From: Octopus vulgaris
Lineage: Eukaryota
Direction of reading: 5' to 3'
NCBI GenBank assembly: GCA_951406725.2
Contig: OX597826.1
Span: 10,478,001 to 10,542,000 of the forward strand
DNA length: 64,000 bases
The notes beneath the pieces are model-generated. The model saw only the letters and a list, made by a program, of their open reading frames with translations. It ran no database searches and was not told where the DNA came from. Position numbers and translations under genes: made by a program. This document shows positions 52,516 through 64,000 of the stretch, one piece after another. The number at the start of each line of letters is the position of its first letter. The stretch's first letter is position 1.

Positions 52516-54088
52516 TTACCACACAGCCATGCTTGTGTCTCTCAGTATGGTATGAGTACCAGACTTGAATACTGAAGTCAATTTGTTTAACTGAAATCCC
52601 TCAAGGTGGCACCCCAGCATGGTTGCAGTCCAATGGCTGAAATGGGTAAAAGATAACTTACATACACAAAGAAATGAATACATAACATAAATATCTTTCG
52701 CGTATTTTGCATTAGATATATATCAATGCTATATACATTGGTAAATTACAGGTTGTTACTCAGCACAAGGTGAAATGCATTGAAATGATTTTGTTGTCTA
52801 ATCAAATACATTATGAAGAAAATATATGACATCAAATTGAAAAGTCTGGGAAAGGAAATACATTAGAATATAAACTAGAACATACATTATTATAGGATAA
52901 AATTTAAAATCGATTAAAATAAAAATTAGAGGAAATATAAGTTTGTATAGTTTGAAATGTTTGTTGGTTCAATTAGAGGGTAAGTTCTGATAAAGTTAAC
53001 TGCAGTCAAATAATTTAAATGAAACTTAATAATTAAATAAGCATAATTAATGGTGGGACAGTAATTGAGTCTAAGGTTAAATAATTAAATGAATGCATCA
53101 AACAAAGTACTCTTCAAGATTCTAGAAGTCCTGGGTTTATCATTTACTGTTGTGTCGTTTCTATGATGGATCATTATTAAATTTCACTGCTATAATAATA
53201 ATTAAAAGATCTGTTGTTCCTTGTGGAAATGTTGTCTTGGTAGAAGTAGATATCAGGCAATCTAAAGGTTAGTGGAAGTATACTAATTTACTTGATATGT
53301 GTGGAGCTTTTTGGCCAGTAAATTGATTACTCTGAAATAAAATTTGTCTGAAAAATTTTTATATTCTAAAAATCTTCTGTCTGCAAAATGAAATAAATTC
53401 CAAGTGTCAGTAAAGTACTTTAAAGGTGTAAAAATAGAATATTATAAGAATTCAGGTGCACAGCTGACAAAATGTTTCATTGTTTCTGTAAGTTTTTATA
53501 AAAGAGAAAATTTTCTGTCTTAAGTAACAGATGTATTGGTTTACTTTGAATTTCAAATATGGGTCAATAGTGAGTGTGTCACCTTTTCTGTTCTATGTTT
53601 TAATTTCTGAACATTTTTGTGTGTGTCAGAGAGGGAGAGAGAGTGAGTCAGTGAGTGACTAGGGGTGTTAATAAAACCTTCTTTTGAATATATTGGCTGT
53701 AAATCTTAAAAGATTGAGGCCAACTTGGTGTTGATCATAATGCAATAAACTAATTCTTTTAACCTTACATCTGCTTCAGTGGAAAATCGCTAGAGTTAAT
53801 ACAATTACAGTTAGATGTATGACAATTGGAAGATAACTTTGATAGATTTCGGCCATGTCTGACTTAATAGCATCACCTGGTGAAGACTATATTTCTTTCT
53901 TTCTTTCATTTTTTTTTGTCAGTATATTAGAGTTCATTAGTGTGTGTATAAGTGACAAATATCCATTTTTTTTCACTAAGGTTTGACAAACCTAACTTGG
54001 TAAAACTTCAGAATTATTCTGTGTGTAAATATATATATATATATATAGTCTTCTAAAAATTTATAAGTTATATTTTTTCCATACCTCC

Positions 54089-54160
54089 ATCCCTGAAGAG
54101 CATGTGAATTAGATAAACATCGAGTTATCTAACATCTGTTGTGAAACCAGTTGTTAAGAT
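54089..54160 (+). ncRNA. Degenerate hammerhead-like motif
   Basis: CTGAAGA, hairpin TTAGATAA/TTATCTAA, then GAAAC-CAGTT-GTT. Stem I and the base of stem II are weak. Confidence 0.35.
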
Positions 54161-54169
54161 TGACTGTAA

Positions 54170-54466
54170 TCTCTCTATATATAAACGGCAAAATGTCTGT
54201 CTGTGTGTGTGTGTCCTTTATACAAATCCACAATTTTTCAGTTAGAAGGTTTGCACTTTCTATGGTCATTCAAAACCGTCCAAGGGTGGTCATGCACATC
54301 TTTACATTTCCCCAGTCACCACGCAAAGCCATTAAAAAATCAATAGAAGTTACTATTTTGTGATTGGTCGGAGCTTTGGACAGTACTAGCGTGTATGTGC
54401 ACACACACACAGCTGTATATGCATGCACTAGCACTATGACCCGGCGTTGCCAGGTCATAGTGCTAG
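54170..54466 (+). mobile_element. Non-autonomous Helitron
   Basis: A|TCTCTCTATATATAAA ... hairpin GCACTATGACCCGGCGTTGCCAGGTCATAGTG-CTAG|T. Confidence 0.85.
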
Positions 54467-56595
54467 TGGACCTATAATACTATACATATTATATATATAT
54501 TATGCATTTATATAAACACATACACACACACACACACACACATATGAAGTGATTGAGAAACCTACTACAGTTCAAGCTACAAATAAAAGTGAAAACAAAA
54601 GCAAAGGTTTACACTCTACATTATATTTTAAAAGATATTAATAAGAGCTTTAAAACGTTTGTATCAGTAAAAATGGCCATGGTATCAAATTCCGCCGAGG
54701 TCGACTCTGCCTTTCATCCTTTCGGGGTCGATTAAATAAGTACCAGTTACGCACTGGGGTCGATATAATCGACTTAGTCCGTTTGTCTGACCTTGTTTGT
54801 CCCCTCTGTGTTTAGCCCCTTGAGGGCAGTAAAGAAATAGGTATTTATTCCAGTTTAGGAAATGAAGTGATCATCAACAACAGAAAAGAATTGCCCTTGC
54901 TAATTTACTAATTTAACGTCAACCATCTGCAAATGTCATTCCCACCATCAGCTCCCCCTTTAACATAGATATCTGTGCAATACAGAACTAACTCAACCCC
55001 CATTATTCCTATTTAGGATATTTCAAGCCATAATACGGAAATATGAGGTGGCAGCACAAATCTTTGTTTATTCACATAACATTGTATTTTAGTGGCTTTC
55101 CATTACCTTTAGCTCTGTTTCACAATGCTTCAAATAAACTATACAACCCTTATAAATATGTGTTTGTAGAAGGGAAATCTTATCTTTATACAGTACTTTA
55201 TGAATGTGCTACTTAAGTTTCATGGTACACATATCAGTTGCTGAGTTCTTTTCTGTGGCGCCCACACTAGTGAGGTTACCGAGTAACTTGCAAGACAGAA
55301 AAGGACTCTCAATTGACTGAGTCTGTAGAGAGGGAGGTGACTTTATGTCAAGTGTTGAGGCTAGATAGGACAAGAACAGGTGTCTTGCTGCAGAGGAGAC
55401 ACATGGCTACTCAGTATTATATAAGGATGGGTGGGCATAGCTGGAAAGAAAGTGATAAAGACGATGGTAACAAGGTGATATTTCATTTGCTTTTACTTTA
55501 TTTGTTAGAGGACTGACCATACTGGAGCATAGCCCTCAAGAGTATTTAGTCAAATATATCAACCGTAGTAGTGGTAGATATTTTATCAACCTTAGTAAGG
55601 TGAAATGTAATGCAGGATTTGAACACAGAGCCTAAAGTGCCTTAAATACCACAAGGTACCTTGCTCTGCATTTTACTGATTCTACCATACACACACATAT
55701 ATACTTTTATACACACACGCACACACCTATACACCCACAAACACATACACAAGTGTTTGAAACATATATGTACGTATATATGCATGCATATAAACACGTA
55801 TATACATATACTCAAGTATATTCGTTAATTATTCTAATTGAAAAATTAGCCACTGTTATAAACATATAGCCTTATTAGATAATGCCAATTTTATTTTGGT
55901 TCATAAAATTATTATGAAATCATTAAAATAATTCAATAAATATAAAATCAATTATTTCATATAATGTTAAATACAAATTCTTCCATTTTTTCTTTCTACC
56001 TATCAATGTTACTTCCATTACAAGAATAACTTCCTTTTCTTCTTATCTGCGTGATCTTATTTCTTTAACATGGTTGTTACTTAGCCCCTAATCCAGTAGG
56101 CCCCCATGACTGAGGCAATAGCTGCCATGGCTAGCCCATCCTTTTCTTTTCTCATTCTCTTTCTATTTCTTCAACTACATTATTCAGTATATTGCTACCT
56201 TTTCACAATGGTAGGGTTTGTGTGTGTGTCACTTGAGAGAGATTTTGTTGCTATTTCCAGCATGTTGATTGACTGTTTACATGGTTGTGAGATGTTTTGG
56301 CACAGCTGTTTTGTTGCCACCTATTTGACATCATTGATTTGATGATGACTTATTTGACATTACACATTTTAGCGTTTCTCTCACACCCTTGCTTTCTTTT
56401 CCTCCTTACTCTTTGTTTATGTGTGTGAGCATATTTCTTTTTATGCATAGGAGGAGATGGAAATTGCTTTATGTCAATTATGTTCAATTAATATACTTTA
56501 TTCTCTCTCTCTCTCTCTCTCTATCTCTGCGCCAGTCGTTGGCATCCAAACAGCAGCACCCAATCATTTTATTCTGTCCTAGTCTTTAATGTGTA

Positions 56596-56817
56596 TACTC
56601 TTTATTCTTTTACTTGTTTCAGTCATTTGACTGTGGCCATGCTGGAGTACCACCTTTAGTCGAGCAAATCGACCCCAGGACTTATTCTTTGTAAGCCTGG
56701 TACTTATTCTATCAGTGTCTTTTGCTGAACCGCTAATGTTACAGGGATGTAACCATACCAACATTGGTTGTCAAGCAATGATGGGGGAGACAAACACAGA
56801 CACAAAGACACACATAA

Positions 56818-56852
<35 letters not shown>

Positions 56853-56885
56853 CGTGTATATATATATGTATATACACACACAAAG

Positions 56886-56944
<59 letters not shown>

Positions 56945-57114
56945 CATACATACATGAGACTTTTTTCAGTTTCTGTCCACCAAATCCACTCACAAGGCTT
57001 TGGTTGACTTAAGGCTATAGTAGAAGATACTTGTCCAAGGTGCCACTCAGTGGGGCTGAACCCAGAACCATGTGGTTGGGAACCAAATTTCTTACCACAC
57101 AGCTACACCTGTGC
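56596..57114 (-). mobile_element. SINE family A with expanded internal microsatellite
   Basis: Similar to 527-933. Confidence 0.8.
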
Positions 57115-58853
57115 TTATGTATTAAAAAAAATTTTTTTTTTTATTGCTGAGCCCATACCAATATTTCACTAACAAACTCTCTTTCTCTGATTTTAATATA
57201 AACATTCATGAAATAAACTGTTTTTGAGAGAGAATATTTTAAACAAGAAAACAAAACACCATTTAACCATTTATTAGTGTGAAAATGGTGAATACTCTAT
57301 TTGTCATAAAATAAATTTATATTAAATCTTTTTAAAGTTCACGTCATCTCATGAAACCCCAGAATATTTTTACAGAACTCTGGGAGTTCCTTGCTATCCA
57401 CTTTTGGAAACACCTGATTATTCCTCTCCTCCAAATTTAAAACCTTATGCTTGTGTTTGTGGCACCATTTATTCTTCTATTTTTTTATACATTTCAGCCC
57501 ATGCTGGGGCTATTTGAATGCTTTCAAATGGAGTTAGGCTTCTGTCCGCAAAATCCTAGTTCATAACCTTTTCACTTCAATTTTTTTTTCTTATTCTTTG
57601 ATGAAGCATTTCCGTTTCAATTCTCATTTTCCTTATTTTCTTTTTCTTTTTTGTTTTTCCTTTTTTCTTTTCTTGCTTTTCCGAAATGCTTGACTCCATG
57701 TCCCCTAGGACAAGACCACAGGAAAATATTATATTATAGTCTATCTCTTACATTACACCAGAATCATAGAAACCTCTGTCAGGAAAGACTAATGCTTTGT
57801 TTCAATTTCTTCTTAGGTTATGACTGGGGAAAAACACCCAGGGACGCCTGCTGCATGGAAACATAATAGTAAAATGGGCACTAGCATACTTGAAATAGTA
57901 AGCCAAGAAATTTTAATTAACTATATTACTCTCTTAGTGATGAGATGACCTCCTGCTTGTTGACACCTCCCTTTCTTCCTTCCTTCTTTCCTTCCTTCCT
58001 TCCTTCCTTCCTTCTTTCCTTCCTTCCTTCTTTCCTTCCTTCCTTCCTTTGTTTTTCCCTTTTTTTATATTTCTTAATTAATCCAACAGTGATCAGTAGG
58101 AGCCAACTGTTATTCTGGCCACACACACAAACAATTTAACATTGCACGTTAACGATACGCTCGTTAGTTCATACTGCTGCCACTGCTTACATTAATTGCA
58201 TGTGCATGTTGTTCCCATTGTAGTTGAAATAATGAGCCGGAAAAAGAATTTTTAATCAATTGAAATTATACTGAAGATGGTACTTTGGTATGGCCTTGAT
58301 TGCAATGGTTTAAAGAATTTAAAAAAAAAAACATCCTCATCAGATGAAAAATCATTACCTTTTATGATAATTCTTATCAAGAATGGCAAGGAAGAAAAAT
58401 CTGAAATTTAAACTGTTTAAAAATTTAATGAAAATGTGCAGCAAAGAGTGGTGAATCTATTCTTTAGTAGATTTCAGTCTTATGAAATCTCCTCAGTGAA
58501 ACAGTTCTAACACATATCTACTAGACTTTAGAATGACTTTGAGAGGATATATCTAGTCTTTTGTATGAGATAATTATCTTGCTTGCAGGCATACTATAGT
58601 GCTAGTGACATGATAATCTCTGCCAACTTTTCAGTTGGTTGTACAATACTATTTATCCTCCCCATATATGTTCACTGTTAACTGATTAAAGAACGGCAGA
58701 AAAACTAAATGAATAAAAAATAACTATATTTCTGTAGAGTTTCATTATTTGATGCCATCAATAATCAAGTGTATTCCACTTTTTCAGTTAATTTCTCTAG
58801 AATTGGTAAGATATAATTGCAACCAAAAAAACCACTAGAAGTTCCTGGAATAA

Positions 58854-59074
58854 CCTTTTCGCATTCAGATTATTCAATCAAATATAATGCTTATTTATTG
58901 AAATTGGTTTGAATTAATTATGCATTATCTAGAAGCTTCAAGATATCAATGATGATGATTGTATATTTTTAGAATGACATTGTATGGTAGGTGTGAGAGG
59001 CTGAATCTAGCCAGATTGAACATAAAGCATGTAGAATATATGGGCCAGATATGGCCTGTTTAAATGCTAAAGGG
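58854..59074. mobile_element. piggyBac-like MITE family 2
   Basis: ATAA|CCTTTTCGCATT...AATGCTAAAGGG|TTAA. Confidence 0.7.
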
Positions 59075-59250
59075 TTAACCTTGTATCTGTTACTTAAGTG
59101 CAGGCATGGTTTCCCAACCACATGGTTCTGAGTTCAGTCCCATTGCATGACCAAAGCCTTGTGAGTGGATTTGGTAGATAGAACTGAATGAAGCCCATCA
59201 TGCATATATATATATATGTGTGTGTGTGTATATATATGTATATATATATA

Positions 59251-59299
<49 letters not shown>

Positions 59300-59385
59300 T
59301 TTAAAAGCAGCAGAAAATTCAACAAAACTGTTACTCTGAGTTTCACGTTCCCGTTTGTTTTGTTGAATTTTCTGCTGCTTTTAAA
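59300..59385. repeat. Perfect 29-bp inverted repeat in a (TA)n-flanked element
   Basis: TTTAAAAGCAGCAGAAAATTCAACAAAAC / GTTTTGTTGAATTTTCTGCTGCTTTTAAA. Confidence 0.85.
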
Positions 59386-59466
59386 TAAAGCATATTACTC
59401 TACTCCTGGTATTTGAGTACTCTTTTTCCACCTTGTTTCACATTTATGTGTTTACTCTGGTATATG

Positions 59467-59540
<74 letters not shown>

Positions 59541-59987
59541 TGTATGTATATATTTGTGTGTGTGTCTTTATGTTGATGTTTGTCCCTTACCACCACTTGA
59601 TAACCAGTGTTGGTGTGTTTACATCCCCGTAACTTAGCAGCTTGGCAAAGGAGACCGATAGAATATGTAATTGGTTTAAAAAGCAAATAAGTACTGGGCT
59701 CAGTGAGTTTGACTAAAAATTCTTCAATGTGATGCCCCAGCATGGCCACAGTCTAATTACTGCAACAAAGATTGATAATCGTACTGGGGTGGGGTCTTGC
59801 CGTAAAGGGTTTTAATCAAACAGATCCACCCTTGTACTTATTTCTTAAGAATGGTACTTATTCTGTCATTCTCTTTTGATGAACTGCTAAGTTATGAGGA
59901 TGTAAACAAACCAATACCGGTATCCAAGGAGTGGGGGTAAGGGGACAAACACACACAAAGACACAGACATACATATATATGATGGGC

Positions 59988-60570
59988 TTCTTTTATCTTT
60001 TACTTGTTTCAGTCATTTGACTGTGGCCATGTTTGGGCACCGCCTTGAAGGGTCTTAGTCTAACAAATCAACCCCGGGACTTATTTCCTTAAGCCTTGTA
60101 CTTATTCTTTCAGTCTCTCTTGCTGAACCGCTAAGTTATGGGGGTGTAAATACAACGACACTGCTTGTCAAGTGGTGGGGGGGAACAAACATAGACACAT
60201 ACACATGGATATATACATATGTGTGGAGGCACAATGGCCCAGTGGTTAGAGCAGCAGACTTGTGGTCGTAGGATCACGGTTTCCATTCCCAGACCAGGAG
60301 TTGTGAGTGTTTATTGAGCGAAAACAATGCAAAGCGCATTGTGACCAGTGATGTGTAGCAACACCTGATAGCCTGGTCGGTCACGGTGATCACAGTGATA
60401 TACATATGTATATACAACAGGCTTCTTTCTGTTTTTGTCTACCAAATCCACTCACGAGGCTTTGGTTGGCCCAAGGCTAAAATAGAAGACACTTGCCAAA
60501 GGTGCCACAAAGTGGAACTGAACCTGGAACCATGTGTTTGAGAAACAAGTTTCCTACCACATAGCCATAG
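59988..60570 (-). mobile_element. SINE family A with nested family C copy (60221-60398, +)
   Basis: A tail and A head are separated by a C-family head GTGGAGGCACAATGGCCCAGTGGTTAGAG. Confidence 0.7.
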
Positions 60571-62672
60571 GGTTCTATTAAATTTTTCTCTGTCAGATGC
60601 ACTCACAAGGCATTGGTTGGTCAATGGCTATAGTAAAAGACACTTGCTCAAGGTGCCATGCAGTGGGACTGAACCTGAAACCTCAGAGTTGCAAAGCAAG
60701 CTTCTTAACCACTCAGCCATGCCTTAATTTTTTGAATATATTTTTTAGTTCAAAGGAAATGCAGTGTCTTTGGTTCTTTACGGGATCTCTGAGTGAAAGG
60801 GGCAGGGAGGGAGGAAGGAAAATATCCTCAAACCAAAGCATTGAGTCATCATAGAGATGACTCAGCTAAAAGTACCCAGGGTATCAGATGGTGATGGTAA
60901 ACCAGGTTATGAGTCAAGTATGCCACCCACGTAGGCCACGGTATAATTTGAACTTGGAATGTAAAAATCCCTGGAAAATACCGCGTTTTAGAATTTTACC
61001 AACATGTCACTTAGCGGTTCGGCAAAAAGAGACCGAATGAATAAGTACTGAGCTTACAAAAAGAATAAGACCCGGGGTCGAGTTGCTCAACTAAAGGCGG
61101 TGCTCCAGCATGGCCGCAGTCAAATGACTGGAACAAGTAAAAGAGAGAATAAAAGAGTATGTTTTAGAGTTTTGTACCTTTTTTTCTTTTCTTTTTTTTT
61201 TCGTTGGGCTTAAAATGATGAATGACAAGTTTGACTTTGGCAGGATTTGAACTTACAGCACAGAGACTCAGAACAAATACTACAAGGCATTTCTGTATGC
61301 TCTAGCAACACTGTAAAAATTACTGCTTAATTAACTGTAATTAAAGTTGTTTTATTGAAAAGCATTACACCACCACATCCGCAGTTCTAATATAAAATGG
61401 TCTTTGAGTCACTGATGAGCTTTGGAGTGCCTGGTGTTGTAGTCTTCATATTCAACCTCCTCCCCCACCTCCACCTCCACCTCATCACTTTCCTCCCCCC
61501 TCCTCCTCCCCCACCTCATCACTTTCCTCCCCCTCCTCCTCCCCCACCTCCTCTCCTACTCCACCCCCACCTCATCACCACCACCACCACAACCACCACC
61601 ATCTCCATCATCATCATTATCATCATCTAACATCCACTTTTCCATGCTTGCATGGGTCAGATGGAATTTGTTGAGGGCAGACTTTCTAAAGTTGGACACC
61701 CTTCCCGTCACCCATTCCCTAGTAAGTTAATATTGTTTCCTATGGTTGCCAAATATGCTTTTCTGTGGAAGGATGGAAATGAAGATGATGATGATGGTAA
61801 TGTTCATTTAAAACCATCACGTGCTATCTAGACAAGGATATGCACTTATCTACGCACGTACTCGCATCATGTGCTTCTTTCAGTTTCCATTTACCAAATC
61901 CACTCACAAGGCTTTGGTTGGCCATGGGACTATAGTAGAAGACACTTGCCAAAGGTACTGTGCAATGGGACTGAACTTAGGTAAACATATCCTATCCATT
62001 CTTCCAGTGTACCATTATTTCAAGTGTATTCTGGATTTTGTTTGTCTGGCAAAATTTTTTTCTTTTTTGCTACTCAGTTGCATTGATGTCACCTCAAAAG
62101 GCTAAGTTGACCTTGGAAGGATTTGAACATAGATTTGTTATATGCTAATACCTGAATTACACATCGAGTGTATGCAGACTGTCAATTTTATATAGTTCAA
62201 GCCTTTTAAATTTAGTCATATTTGTTGTTACTGTTGTTGTTGTTGTTGTTCTGGTTTGTTCTGTCAATAGATGTCTGGCTGTATTGATTGTCTCGATATG
62301 AAACACGGCTCTAGGCAATTTTAAGTGATTAAGTCCAATTATGCATTTCTAAGATTCTTGGAAACTAAATATAATTTTTGAATTTCTGGTGTTTACATTT
62401 TTCTTCTTTTTTTTTGTTTTTCAAACTCTTTACAATATTGTGTCACACCCACCACTCCCTTATTAGTCAGATCTTTAATTAAAATTAGTATTTCTACCCT
62501 CACATGAAACAAATTCATGGTTATTTATATTTTTGTAGAGTTAAAATTTTGTATCGGTCAAGTTCTTCGGTGTCAGCAGAATAATTTAAAAAAACAACAA
62601 CAAAAAAAAAAAAAGAAAAAACTGATGCGTTTTACATTGTTCCACGGAGAAGAAATATTTAAAGTGTCTTAA

Positions 62673-62886
62673 CCCTTTTCATACGAACCCACCTGAAACC
62701 AATCCTGGTTCTGTGACAAACTGTTTAAAAGTGATTTAAATTACAATTTTCCATCAAAATTTTATGCTAATTGGTTCCAGACATCATCTTAATAATGAGA
62801 GCATTATTTTGCTAAATTCGTTATCATTTTAAAAATTAATTAAAATAAAGCTAATGTATGTCAACAGAAATATCGTAACAAAAGGG
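62673..62886. mobile_element. piggyBac-like MITE family 1
   Basis: TTAA|CCCTTTTCATAC...GTAACAAAAGGG|TTAA. A further degenerate copy lies at 63201-63414. Confidence 0.75.
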
Positions 62887-63647
62887 TTAATGAAGCTTCA
62901 TCATTTAAAAGTAGTGCCCCAGTATGACAAGAATCCAGTGTCTGAAATCAGTGAATTAATTAAGCAATTATTGCAGAGCCCTGCCTATAATGATAAATAC
63001 TCAATCATCTTCATGACAAACTAACTTATGGCTCATGTTTTAAATTTTACTGCATTAACTTTGTTCATGCTGACCACCACTAGTCTCCTCTTATTTGAAT
63101 GATAGTCCAACATGGGAGCCTCTACATGGTTGTTTGAACTGTTAGAAATAACAGCCAAGTTCCCCCAAATACCACTTTAAAGTAGGGAAGGGTACATTAA
63201 CCCTTTTGGTACCAACCCACCCAACACTGTCCCTGTTTCCATGATACAAACTTCCTGCTTACTTCTAAATTAAAACCTCCATCAAAATTTCATGTTAATT
63301 CATTTTCCAAACATTGGCTTAAAACCGACGAAAATATTTTGCTAAATTCTTCATTATTTTCAAAATAAATTGAGACAGAGGCAGTGAATTTCAACAGAAA
63401 TAGGGTAACGAAAGTAGTGAACAATATTGTCCTAAATATATAGAAAGACTGGATGGTCACAGTTGGCAAGCATTTGATCAATAGGCCTGTCCAAAGAGAC
63501 TGACCTGGGACAACAGCAATTTAAATTTAGTGAGTTAATATGATAAGCCTTTTAGCTGCTTCACTTTTGGGTCAAGAATCTGAATCCAAAAGTTGATAAT
63601 GTCTTTAGACAAAGTATGGTGTTCTTCTGTTTTATCTATTGAGCTAT

Positions 63648-64000
63648 CATCATCATCATCATCATTTAGCGTCCGCTTTCCATGCTAGCATGGGTTGGAT
63701 GGTTCAACTGGGGTCTGGGAAGTCAGGAAGCTGCACCAGGCCCAGTCTGATCTGGCAGTGTTTCTACAGCTAGTGGATGCTTTTTACGTACCACCAGCAC
63801 AGGTGCCAGACAAGGCTGACAAACAGCCACGATCGGATGGTGCTTTTTACATGCCACCAGCATGGGGGCCAGGCGAGACTGGCAATGGCCATGATCGGAT
63901 GGTGCTTTTTACGTGCCACCGGCATGGGGGTCAGGCGAGGCTGGCAAACGGCCATGATCGGATGGTGCTTTTTACGTGTCACCAGCACGAGGCCAGTCGG
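63648..64000 (-). mobile_element. RTE-LINE 3' UTR with internal ~62-bp tandem repeats (runs off the window)
   Basis: (CAT)n tail. Unit GGATGGTGCTTTTTACGTGCCACC...ATGATC occurs at least 3.5 times from ~63775. Confidence 0.75.

Overview
AT-rich eukaryotic, repeat-dominated intronic or intergenic DNA. The SINE families and the (TA)n/(CA)n/(ATT)n density look like Octopus or another coleoid cephalopod; this is recognition from memory, not a database result. No intact host protein-coding gene is visible, and nearly all ORFs in the track come from microsatellites or SINEs. The window contains three tRNA-derived SINE families, 3' remnants of CR1-, RTE- and R4/Dong-like LINEs, a decayed full-length mariner, piggyBac-, hAT- and Mutator-like MITEs, and non-autonomous Helitrons. 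The most notable signal is a cluster of minimal type-I hammerhead ribozyme (HHR) motifs: 7 well-formed (14798, 16272, 17582, 29236, 29510 on +; 40556, 46210 on -) plus 2-3 degenerate ones. They belong to several unrelated Penelope-like/retrozyme families, each with its own palindromic stem-III sequence. Two are identical and lie in tandem 274 nt apart, and one sits in a 353-bp circularly permuted unit; both are architectures expected to yield small self-cleaved or circular RNAs. Several long hairpins are also present, two with a G.U bias favouring the + strand. All structures were folded by eye and none is experimentally or computationally verified.
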